This document shows, in pieces, positions 46,532 through 55,212 of a stretch of 56,051 bases of DNA. The stretch is taken from contig CAZKSJ010000003.1 in the NCBI GenBank assembly GCA_964555515.1, positions 6,486 to 62,536 of the forward strand. Reading direction: 5' to 3'. The first letter of the stretch is position 1; every line of letters begins with the position of its first letter. The notes under the pieces were generated by a model that was not told the origin of the DNA, searched no databases, and saw nothing but the letters and a program-made list of their open reading frames with translations. This DNA comes from an uncultured Pseudomonadales bacterium. GTDB taxonomy: Bacteria; Patescibacteriota; Microgenomatia; UBA1400; PJMF01. The translations under genes were made by a program, and so were the position numbers.

Positions 46532-47137
46532 ATGAATGTTTCTCACCAACTCACAACCCAAGTCAAGCTGCTATTAAAAGCGGTGTTGATTTCTGATGAC
46601 CAATTTCTAATCATCAAGCGGTCTGAGCTAAGTCAAAGTCGACCAGGTAAGTGGGATTTACCTGGCGGTAACGCCGAATGGGTGCACGCTGCGGTGGATG
46701 TGACTAACCCACACCGACAGGATTTAATTCGCGAAATTAAGGAGGAGACGGGGGTGGTGGTTGATGACAAGCAACTGGATGATCACTCAATTTGTTTTGC
46801 CGGCACTTACTTTATGGTCAGCAGTCACCCCGCTCGGGCAGAAGCGATACCACAACCTCGAGAGCAAGCGAGACGAATTGGCAAGCTGGGCAATGGCGGC
46901 GAGGTGTTGGTGGATGCAAACATGAATGGCTCAGAAACTTACACCGTTATCTTGGGCTGGAAAATTTTCCTTGCGAGCAATTTTGATCGGAACAGTATTC
47001 AGTTAAGTGATGAACATACAGAGTACGAGTGGATCAGTTGGGCTGAGTTTGATGATTATGATTTTGGTTTTGCAGGTGAAAAAGATGGCTTTATTCGACA
47101 AATGGTTGCCAATGCTTTACACTCCTCAGACAAATAA
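46532..47137 (+). CDS. NUDIX hydrolase with probable in-frame insertion
   Basis: GKWDLPGG...REIKEETG; IQLSDEHTEYEW. Confidence 0.85.
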   Translation: MNVSHQLTTQVKLLLKAVLISDDQFLIIKRSELSQSRPGKWDLPGGNAEWVHAAVDVTNPHRQDLIREIKEETGVVVDDKQLDDHSICFAGTYFMVSSHPARAEAIPQPREQARRIGKLGNGGEVLVDANMNGSETYTVILGWKIFLASNFDRNSIQLSDEHTEYEWISWAEFDDYDFGFAGEKDGFIRQMVANALHSSDK

Positions 47138-47166
47138 GAATTTTTTCACTAAGCAATTTTAAAATC

Positions 47167-49731
47167 ATGGCAAGATTTGCACACAAACAGACTGGCGCTT
47201 TTGATCCTGGATCTGGTGATGAGTATCAGCATGGCTACTCATTTTCGACGACCGCTTATACCCACATTCTCAAGCCCGGATTGAGTGAGCGGGTGGTGAA
47301 GGAGATTTCCCACCTCAAGCAAGAACCCGTGTGGATGTTAAAGTTACGCTTGCAGGCTTATCAGCAATTTGTTGATCGGCCGCTGCCTAATTGGGGGGCA
47401 GACTTATCTCAGATTAATTTTGAGCAGATGCGCTATTATTTGCGGCCAACCGATGATCAAGTGGGCTCTTGGGATGAAGTGCCAAGTGAAGTCAAGGAGA
47501 CTTTTGAGAGACTGGGTATTCCGGCTGCGGAACGGAATGTGTTGGCAGGTGTGAAGGCGCAATATGATAGTGAAGTGGTTTATGGTTCATTAAAAAAATC
47601 GTTCGCCAAAGATGGAGTGATATTTTTATCAATGGACGAAGGTTTGCGCCAATATCCAGAATTGGTCAAAGAATACTTTGGCAAAATTATTCCCAGTGGG
47701 GATAATAAATTTTCCGCTTTAAATACGGCTACTTGGTCTGGTGGATCGTTGTTGTATGTGCCAAAAGGAGTGCAGGTAAAATTGCCGCTGCAGACTTATT
47801 TTCGAATTAATGCGGAAAGTATGGGTCAGTTTGAAAGGACGTTGATTATCGTGGATGAAGGTGCGAGCGTGCATTATGTGGAAGGTTGCTTTATTGAAGG
47901 AACAAAAATAGATACTGCAAAAGGTAGGGTTAACATTGAGAACGTTACTATTGGTGATAATGTACTAACACATAAGGGAATTTATCGCATGGTATATCAC
48001 ACTCAAGTTAGACCCTATTCAGGTGATTTATACACCATCCAAGTAAGGGGAAATCCAAGTGAGAAAATAAAAACTACAGAGGAACATCCATTCCTAGTAG
48101 TTAAAAGGCAGTACGCAAATGACAGAAATACAAAATGGAATCGACAATGGGTGACTGTAAAGAATCTAAAAAAAAACGATTACCTATGTATCCCCATTGA
48201 CCAATCGTTAAAGGAACAAAAAGAAATAGAATATCCTGTAGTAGTTGGTAATGGCAGATATGGATTTGTCGAGGAAATTATTAGGGTTAGTTCCAGTCCA
48301 GAGTTATTTAGACTTGTGGGTTACTATTTAGCCGAGGGTAGTATCAGTAGTGGTTCTTATTTGAATCTTTCTTTTTCTGAGGATGAGAGAGAATTAATAG
48401 AGGACGTAAAATCATTATTTAAGACAATATTTCAAGAAACAAAGATTAGAGAGATTCATCATCAGGCCAACCATGGCACAAGTGTGGTGGTTAGCTCAGT
48501 AAGATTGTGCAGGTTTTTTGAGCAGTTTGGTACCAGTTGTGATACGAAAAAAGTTCCAGAGTGGATGATGGCAGAATTGCCTAGTAAGCAACAACAACTT
48601 ATTTTGGGATGGTATCGGGGTGATGGAAGTTACGAGAAAAAGAAGCACAAACATGGTTTAAAGGAAAATTTTAGAATTTGTACTACTTCAAAATTTCTCG
48701 CTTATCAAGGAAAGCAGTTATTAGCAAGAATAGGTATCGCATCCAGCTTAAATGTACGTGACCGAAGTCATGAAAATAGAAAACAAATGTATACCTTGAT
48801 CATTGGAGGAGAATACGCAGTTAAGTTTGGTCGACAGATAGGAATGAAGATCAGAGAAAAATTAAATTCAAAAAAAAGAGCCACGTATTATCACCTAGAT
48901 AAACAATATTTGTATGCACCTATTGTCAGTATAAACAAGGAAGAAGTTGAGAGATTGCCTGTTTATAATTTCAGTGTTGAAGATGATGAAAGTTACACTG
49001 CCGGTGGAGTTGCTGTTCATAACTGCACGGCTCCTCAATTCTCAAGTAGTTCGTTACATGCGGCGGTGGTGGAAATTTATGTCAAGGCAGGTGCCACATG
49101 CCAGTACACCACCATTCAGAATTGGTACAAAAATGTTTACAACTTGGTGACTAAGCGGGCACACGTGGCGGCAGAAGGGACGATGATTTGGACAGATTTT
49201 AATATGGGCTCGAAAGTGACGATGAAGTATCCAGGGTTTGTGCTGGCAGGTCGGGGCGCCAAGGGGGAAACCCTCAGTATGGCCTTGGCAACGGCTGGGC
49301 AGCACCAAGATACTGGGAGCAAGGCCATCCACTTGGCGCCCCACACGAGCTCCACCATTATTTCTAAATCGATCAGCAAGGGTGGCGGCCGCACCAGCTA
49401 TCGAGGCTTGGTCAACGTTGGCCCGACAGCTTATGATAGCCACAACACCGTCATCTGTGACGCGTTATTGCTCGACCCTCAATCGCGTTCAGACACTTAT
49501 CCCACCGATAGAATTTTCAATTCACAAGTGGAAGTGCAGCACGAAGCCACTGTTTCCAAAATTGGTGATGATCAATTGTTTTACTTGATGAGCCGGGGTA
49601 TTAGCGAAGAGGATGCGCGGAAAATGATCGTGCACGGTTTTGTGGGTGATTTGGTCAAAAAACTGCCTCTAGAATATGCGGTGGAGATGAACCGGCTGAT
49701 TGACCACGAGATGGAAGGGAGTATTGGTTAA
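47167..49731 (+). CDS. sufB: Fe-S cluster assembly protein SufB, intein-containing
   Basis: AQYDSEVVY, GQFERTLII, HYVEG|CTAP, YTTIQNW, HEATVSKI, LPLEYAVE. Confidence 0.97.
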   Translation: MARFAHKQTGAFDPGSGDEYQHGYSFSTTAYTHILKPGLSERVVKEISHLKQEPVWMLKLRLQAYQQFVDRPLPNWGADLSQINFEQMRYYLRPTDDQVGSWDEVPSEVKETFERLGIPAAERNVLAGVKAQYDSEVVYGSLKKSFAKDGVIFLSMDEGLRQYPELVKEYFGKIIPSGDNKFSALNTATWSGGSLLYVPKGVQVKLPLQTYFRINAESMGQFERTLIIVDEGASVHYVEGCFIEGTKIDTAKGRVNIENVTIGDNVLTHKGIYRMVYHTQVRPYSGDLYTIQVRGNPSEKIKTTEEHPFLVVKRQYANDRNTKWNRQWVTVKNLKKNDYLCIPIDQSLKEQKEIEYPVVVGNGRYGFVEEIIRVSSSPELFRLVGYYLAEGSISSGSYLNLSFSEDERELIEDVKSLFKTIFQETKIREIHHQANHGTSVVVSSVRLCRFFEQFGTSCDTKKVPEWMMAELPSKQQQLILGWYRGDGSYEKKKHKHGLKENFRICTTSKFLAYQGKQLLARIGIASSLNVRDRSHENRKQMYTLIIGGEYAVKFGRQIGMKIREKLNSKKRATYYHLDKQYLYAPIVSINKEEVERLPVYNFSVEDDESYTAGGVAVHNCTAPQFSSSSLHAAVVEIYVKAGATCQYTTIQNWYKNVYNLVTKRAHVAAEGTMIWTDFNMGSKVTMKYPGFVLAGRGAKGETLSMALATAGQHQDTGSKAIHLAPHTSSTIISKSISKGGGRTSYRGLVNVGPTAYDSHNTVICDALLLDPQSRSDTYPTDRIFNSQVEVQHEATVSKIGDDQLFYLMSRGISEEDARKMIVHGFVGDLVKKLPLEYAVEMNRLIDHEMEGSIG
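47887..49023 (+). mobile_element. Intein (379 aa) with LAGLIDADG homing endonuclease
   Basis: Starts CFIEGT; TEEHPF block B; LVGYYLAEGS and LILGWYRGDGS; VYNFSVEDDESY...VHN followed by Cys+1; visibly more AT-rich than the exteins. Confidence 0.97.
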
Positions 49732-50259
49732 ATGTCGGCAAAATCACTACATACCATCATTAAGGTGTCTGGTCATCAATCGATCGTGATCGATCATCCA
49801 GGAAAATTTGAAATTTTATTAACAGCGCCGGGTGCTGTAGCAGAAATTAGCGGTGTGTTTGTTTTGTCTGAACAAGCACGGGCAGAGGTGGAAGTAGAAA
49901 TTCACCATCAAGCCCCTCACACCAAAGCAGAAACCACTCTCAAAGGTGTCGCGGGCGGCCAAGCCCAACTCAAATTTGTGGGCAGAATCATCATTGATCC
50001 AAATTGCGGTGATAGTAATTCTTTTTTGACGGAGCGGATTTTATTATTGTCAGACAAGGCTAAAGCTGAGGCCATCCCTGACCTAGAAATTTTAACCGAT
50101 GATGTCAAGTGTTCCCACGCGGTTAGCATCAGCCGCATTCCTGAAATTCAGATATTTTACCTGATGAGTAGGGGTATTTCCCGCAGTGACGCAGAACAAT
50201 TGATTGTTAATGGATTCTTGGAATTAGATGAAAAAAAGCTGATTAATCAATGTAAATAG
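49732..50259 (+). CDS. sufD: SufD-family protein (short, C-terminal part only)
   Basis: PDLEILTDDVKCSHA, IFYLMSRGI...A..LIV.GF. Confidence 0.9.
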   Translation: MSAKSLHTIIKVSGHQSIVIDHPGKFEILLTAPGAVAEISGVFVLSEQARAEVEVEIHHQAPHTKAETTLKGVAGGQAQLKFVGRIIIDPNCGDSNSFLTERILLLSDKAKAEAIPDLEILTDDVKCSHAVSISRIPEIQIFYLMSRGISRSDAEQLIVNGFLELDEKKLINQCK

Positions 50260-50295
50260 AAATATATTATCAGCCAAAGGTGATATAATAGAGAC

Positions 50296-50493
50296 ATGCA
50301 CAATTGGTCAGTAAATATCAATCAATTAAAGAAAAATCCAGATGCCCTAGCTCGTTTTGTTTTAGAACAAAGAATTAATTATGGGTTGAATGGTCATAAA
50401 ATTTCGCTTGCTGAGTTGAAAAAATATTGGCATTTACTTCGTTTAGATCCTCTGAAAAAGTCATATTTAGAAAAAATTGTATGGCCATCTTAA
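50296..50493 (+). CDS. Small protein, putative antitoxin partner of downstream nucleotidyltransferase
   Basis: 65 aa, LEQRINYG; overlaps next gene by 13 nt; TGATATAAT 6 nt before ATG. Confidence 0.7.
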   Translation: MHNWSVNINQLKKNPDALARFVLEQRINYGLNGHKISLAELKKYWHLLRLDPLKKSYLEKIVWPS

Positions 50494-51131
50494 GCGAAGA
50501 GCAAAGTCTAGTTCTCCAACTATTATCAAAAACGATGTTGGCAAAGAGTTTTTATTTTACTGGCGGCACCGCTTTGGCTCATTTTTACTTAAAACATCGT
50601 CGATCCGAAGATTTAGATTTTTTTAATCAAGAGGAATTCGATCCCCAGGTAATTGTAGCTACACTTAAATCGTTACAAAAAAAACTGAAATATAAATCAA
50701 TTGATTTCCAAAATAGTTTTAATCGGAACTTATATTTTCTGAAATTTGAGAACGGAAATGTGTTGAAGTTAGAATTCACTTATTACCCTTTTACACAAGT
50801 TGAGAAACCAAGTATAAAAAATGGGTTGTTGGTAGATAGTCCTGTTGATATTGCGGTTAACAAATTATTTACCATTTCTCAGAAACCTAGAGGGAGAGAT
50901 TATTTTGATTTGTATTGTTTAATTGAGAAATATAAATTGGAGGATTTGAGAACGATGGCAAAGAAGAAATTTGATTGGCACATCGATCCCCTGCATCTTG
51001 CGTCAAGACTGTATGAAGTAGCACTACATCTTGATGATCCAATTCTGGTCAAAAAAATATCAAAGAAAGAAATTATTCATTTTTTCCAAGCGCTTTCGCT
51101 TCAACTTAAGGGAGAAATAATCGTTGGTTAG
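50481..51131 (+). CDS. AbiEii/AbiGii-family nucleotidyltransferase (type IV TA toxin-like)
   Basis: FYFTGGTAL..FYL.HR.SEDLDFF, DIAVNKL, RDYFDLY. Confidence 0.88.
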   Translation: MAILSEEQSLVLQLLSKTMLAKSFYFTGGTALAHFYLKHRRSEDLDFFNQEEFDPQVIVATLKSLQKKLKYKSIDFQNSFNRNLYFLKFENGNVLKLEFTYYPFTQVEKPSIKNGLLVDSPVDIAVNKLFTISQKPRGRDYFDLYCLIEKYKLEDLRTMAKKKFDWHIDPLHLASRLYEVALHLDDPILVKKISKKEIIHFFQALSLQLKGEIIVG

Positions 51132-51177
51132 GAAATATTTAGTAGTGACGCAGCACAATTGCTTGTGGATGGATTTC

Positions 51178-51774
51178 TTAGCTAATTTTTTTTGCAAAAA
51201 TAACTTGATGCTGTTCGTTAGCTGAACTGTCGACTTGATCGTTAATAATTTCAAAGCCCGCTTGTTTAATTATTTTCAAGTTATGTTTAGCGTCGTAATG
51301 ACTCCAGTGCATATCTGTACCCAACAAATCCTCATGACCTACCCAGTTAGTCATGCCCATGGTGACAAGTAATAAGCCCCCAATAGGTAAAAAACTATTT
51401 ATTTTGTGGAAAAGTTCCAGATGGGTTTCCCTTGGAATATGAAAAATTGCGTAGAACGAAACAACTGCATTAACTTGGTATTCGTTAGGTTGTAAGAGAG
51501 ACATGTCTTTAACAACAAAATTTCCGTCAGGAACATGCTTTTTAGCTAACTTAATTTGTTCTTCAGATACATCAACACCAATGACTTGGTGACCTCTGTC
51601 TGCTAAATATTTAGACACAGGTCGACCAGATCCACATCCAAGATCTAGAATAGTTGACGCAGGAGTTAGCTCCTGATTAAGTTGCTTGAGATATTTTTCG
51701 CTGCCAAACTGATCGCGATAATCGTCATATTTTTGGGCAATTTGGTTATAACCATGTTTTACTTTTATTTGCAT
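51178..51774 (-). CDS. Class I SAM-dependent methyltransferase
   Basis: ILDLGCGSG, GVDVS, YAIFHIP, L.IGGLL. Confidence 0.9.
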   Translation of the reverse strand: MQIKVKHGYNQIAQKYDDYRDQFGSEKYLKQLNQELTPASTILDLGCGSGRPVSKYLADRGHQVIGVDVSEEQIKLAKKHVPDGNFVVKDMSLLQPNEYQVNAVVSFYAIFHIPRETHLELFHKINSFLPIGGLLLVTMGMTNWVGHEDLLGTDMHWSHYDAKHNLKIIKQAGFEIINDQVDSSANEQHQVIFAKKIS

Positions 51775-51827
51775 GTTGAAATTATAACTTGAGATCGATC
51801 ATTGTTTTTATGAGTTACAATACAAGC

Positions 51828-53132
51828 ATGTTTGATTCGCAAAAAATTCGTGCTGACTTTCCCATTTTAAAGCGCCAAGTTCATGGCAAGCCATTAGTCT
51901 ACCTAGATAATGCCGCCACTAGCCAGAAACCAGAAGTGGTGATTGAGGCGATTGCCGATTATTACCGTCATACAAATGCTAACGTGCATCGAGGTGTGCA
52001 CACGCTGTCTGATGAGAGTACGCAGGCGTGGGAAAAAAGTCGCCACACCATTAGTGAGTTTTTTGGGGCTAAGCCGGCGGAGTTGATTATTACCCGCAAT
52101 ACGACCGAGGCATTGAATGGGGTGGCATATGGTTGGGCAGACCAACACATGCGCCCCGGTGACGTAATCCTGAGTTCGGTGTTGGAACATCACTCTAACT
52201 TGGTCACATGGCAACAAATGGTGTTCAGAACCGGGGCGCAATTAGAACTAGTTAATGTTACCAGTGACGGTCAACTAGACGAAGACGATCTAATCAACAA
52301 AGTAGCGCGCAGCAATGTCAAAGCAGTCACGATTCCCCACGTTTCCAACACTTTAGGAAGCTATGTCAATTTAGAGTGGTTAGTGCCCAAATTACGGGTA
52401 CTTAACCCGGAATTGGCGATCATTGTTGATGGTGCCCAGTCTGCATCGCATCTGCCAATCAAGTTTGACCAATTGGGAATTGATTTTTATGCTTTCAGTG
52501 GCCACAAAATGCTTGGTCCGATGGGTATCGGCGGCTTGTTAGTGCGGGAGCAACTGTTAGAAACTCATCAGATGACTCCTTGGATTTTTGGCGGTGGCAT
52601 GATTGCAGAGGTGGCGAGCAATAGCGCCCAATTCCATCCAGACCCAGAGGAAAGATTTACTGCAGGTACACCTGACGTGGCTGACGCGGTTGGCTTGGCA
52701 GCGGCTTGTGAGTATCTAACTAATTTAGGTATGCAACAAGTGACTACTCATGATCAAGATCTCGTCAATTACGCTTTTCAGAAACTGAGCGAACTGCCCG
52801 CTGTTGAACTAATCGGGCCTTTACCGAGCAAACCATCAAAAACGGCTGCGTTGACATCTACTGCTCAATCAAGTGCTCAATCGAAACAAGAAATAATTAG
52901 AGTTGGTTCAGTTGCTTTTATTTATCGCGGTGTCCATGCACACGACGTGGCTCAAGTGCTTGATAGCCAGGGGGTGGCAGTACGGAGCGGTCACCATTGC
53001 ACCATGCCGCTACATCAAGCGCGCCACTGGCAAGCCAGTGTGCGCGCCAGTTTCCATGTCTACTCAACTTTAGCTGACATCGATCGACTAGTCACATCCC
53101 TAGCAGAAGTCAAAAAAGTTTTTCAGAAATAA
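51828..53132 (+). CDS. sufS: Cysteine desulfurase SufS
   Basis: YLDNAATSQKP, EHHSN, DGAQ, FSGHKMLGP (PLP Lys), RSGHHC. Confidence 0.96.
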   Translation: MFDSQKIRADFPILKRQVHGKPLVYLDNAATSQKPEVVIEAIADYYRHTNANVHRGVHTLSDESTQAWEKSRHTISEFFGAKPAELIITRNTTEALNGVAYGWADQHMRPGDVILSSVLEHHSNLVTWQQMVFRTGAQLELVNVTSDGQLDEDDLINKVARSNVKAVTIPHVSNTLGSYVNLEWLVPKLRVLNPELAIIVDGAQSASHLPIKFDQLGIDFYAFSGHKMLGPMGIGGLLVREQLLETHQMTPWIFGGGMIAEVASNSAQFHPDPEERFTAGTPDVADAVGLAAACEYLTNLGMQQVTTHDQDLVNYAFQKLSELPAVELIGPLPSKPSKTAALTSTAQSSAQSKQEIIRVGSVAFIYRGVHAHDVAQVLDSQGVAVRSGHHCTMPLHQARHWQASVRASFHVYSTLADIDRLVTSLAEVKKVFQK

Positions 53133-53144
53133 TCCACCCTAAAT

Positions 53145-53552
53145 ATGACCGATCATCCCACATCAGATTTACCTATCTCAGATCTGTATCAGCAGTTGAT
53201 CCAAGAAGCGGCCGCTCATCCCCAAAATAAGCAGCCACTGTCTGAAGCTAGTTTGCATGCCAAGGCTACCAATGCGAGCTGTGGTGATGAGCTCCAGGTT
53301 TGGTTGAAAGTTGATGACCAATCGGGACTTGTGACAGATGTTGGTTGGACTGGAGCAGGCTGCATTATTAGTCAGGCGGCGATGAGCGAACTCAGCACGC
53401 ACATCAAGGGTCAAACGACAGCCCAAATTTCCCAATTATCTCAAGTTGATGTGCTGGCGATGCTTAACTTACCCCAAATTTCAACTGGTCGGATGAAGTG
53501 TTTGATGCTAGGCTTGGAAGCAGTAAAAAAAGCGATTGGCACCAGGGTCTGA
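53145..53552 (+). CDS. sufU: SufU/IscU-family scaffold or sulfur-transfer protein
   Basis: NASCGD, GCIISQA, RMKC. Confidence 0.92.
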   Translation: MTDHPTSDLPISDLYQQLIQEAAAHPQNKQPLSEASLHAKATNASCGDELQVWLKVDDQSGLVTDVGWTGAGCIISQAAMSELSTHIKGQTTAQISQLSQVDVLAMLNLPQISTGRMKCLMLGLEAVKKAIGTRV

Positions 53553-53575
53553 TCGTTTCAAATAGATTTCAAAAA

Positions 53576-54199
53576 ATGAAGATTTTTGTTGGCTCATTAA
53601 ACCCCGTCAAAATTAATGCCGTCACGCTAGCGGCGAGTGAATCATGGCCAAGTGTGGAAGTTTATGGTTTGGATGTGCCGAGTGGGATTGCTGAACAACC
53701 CATGAGCGATGAAGAAACTAGAAAAGGAGCTACCACTAGAGCCCAAGCAGCGCTGGAGGATGGTTTGCGCCGCATTGCTCACGCAGCTAATGGAGTTGTT
53801 ACAACTGACGGAGTTGATGCAGTCGACCAAGCTGAGTCAATCTTGGGAGTTGGTTTGGAAGGTGGGGTATTTCAACGTGACGATGGCGAACTGTGGTCAA
53901 CAGTTTGGGCGGTTGTGATAGACAGCGAAGGGAGATTATTTGAAAGCAATGGTGCTAGATTTAAAGTGCCAGAAAAAATTGCCTCACAAATTTTAGAAGG
54001 TGCAGAAATGGGTTCGATAGTAAGTAAAATGCTGGGTGGAGCAGACGTCAAACGTCAGCAGGGCGCGATTGGGGTTATTACCAATAATTTTGTCGATAGA
54101 ACCGAAGAATACAGCATCATCGTGAAGTTGGCGCTGGGTCTATGGTATGGTAGAGATTGGGAAAATCAAGTCAACTTAGGTAGCCACCCAGATAAGTGA
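53576..54199 (+). CDS. yjjX: Inosine/xanthosine triphosphatase (YjjX family)
   Basis: VGSLNPVKINAV, SGIAEQPM..EETRKGA, GVGLEGG, GAIGVIT...R. Confidence 0.88.
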   Translation: MKIFVGSLNPVKINAVTLAASESWPSVEVYGLDVPSGIAEQPMSDEETRKGATTRAQAALEDGLRRIAHAANGVVTTDGVDAVDQAESILGVGLEGGVFQRDDGELWSTVWAVVIDSEGRLFESNGARFKVPEKIASQILEGAEMGSIVSKMLGGADVKRQQGAIGVITNNFVDRTEEYSIIVKLALGLWYGRDWENQVNLGSHPDK

Positions 54200-54208
54200 G
54201 GAAGATAT

Positions 54209-54919
54209 ATGCAACTACCACAACATTTTGTTGCGCGTTTTGAAGACAAAAATGAGTTGAATCCGCGTTATGTCCATTACTCTTTCGAGTTGCAAAAACC
54301 CCTGGAGATGGATTTTTTGGCCGGTCAATATCTATCGGTGAAAGTGACTGATCAAGGAGTGCGGCGATCTTACTCGATTTGCTCTACACCAGATATCAAG
54401 CATGGTTTTGAGTTTTTAGTTGATCGTAAACCGGGAGGGGTAGGTTGCCAGTATTTTGATAACTTGCAGTTTGGTGATGAGATTGAAGTCTTGGGACCAC
54501 TTGGTAACTTTGTGATGGCGAATGATGAGCATGAAAAAGAAGTGATGCTCGTGGCGACTGGATCAGGCATCGCTCCTTTGCGGGCGATGATTTTAAACCA
54601 ATTACAAGTCCATCATGACGAACGGAAAATTGCCCTGTTGTGGGGGATGCGTCATGAAACTGAACTTTTTTGGGAGCTGGATTTTCAAGATATTAGTCAA
54701 GAGATTGATAACTTTGAGTTCATTCCCACGATTTCTCAACCTGTAGCCGATTGGCCGCTCGCAGTTGGCAGAGTGACTGATTATCTAAAGAAGGCGGAAT
54801 TACGTGAACAAACTGCTTATTATTTATGCGGCAATGCTCGCATGATCAATGAAGTTAAATCAATTTTACAGCAACGTGGCGTTGTTGCCGAGTTAATCCA
54901 TCACGAGAAGTTTTATTGA
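54209..54919 (+). CDS. FAD/NAD(P)-dependent oxidoreductase, ferredoxin-NADP+ reductase family
   Basis: AGQY, RSYSI, GPLGNF, ATGSGIAP, YLCG, terminal EKFY. Confidence 0.9.
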   Translation: MQLPQHFVARFEDKNELNPRYVHYSFELQKPLEMDFLAGQYLSVKVTDQGVRRSYSICSTPDIKHGFEFLVDRKPGGVGCQYFDNLQFGDEIEVLGPLGNFVMANDEHEKEVMLVATGSGIAPLRAMILNQLQVHHDERKIALLWGMRHETELFWELDFQDISQEIDNFEFIPTISQPVADWPLAVGRVTDYLKKAELREQTAYYLCGNARMINEVKSILQQRGVVAELIHHEKFY

Positions 54920-55068
54920 ATTAGTTTGGGGTTTTGATCGTTTTTGGCTTTGGATGTGGTACTGGTCACTCAACATCGCACCGATCCAATTAATGACATG
55001 ATGCCAAGATTACGTGTCAGACCCGTTTACAAGCGGCAGGGTTGTATTTTACATAAATCACCGCATCG

Positions 55069-55212
55069 TCACGCCCACAATGACCCACCTATTACGCCAT
55101 TGGGGTAAAGCACTGTCACGTCACGATGCGTCAGGATATCCGCCGCTGCCTCAGGCCGTAAGCAGTAGCGGCTCATCACGACGGCGGCAAAATCGTGGGT
55201 GTCTGGAGTCAT
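55069..55212 (-). CDS. Possible 47-aa ORF coupled to the upstream lectin gene
   Basis: ATGA start/stop overlap; MTPDTHDFAAVVMSRYCLRPEAAADILTHRDVTVLYPNGVIGGSLWA. Confidence 0.3.
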   Translation of the reverse strand: MTPDTHDFAAVVMSRYCLRPEAAADILTHRDVTVLYPNGVIGGSLWA

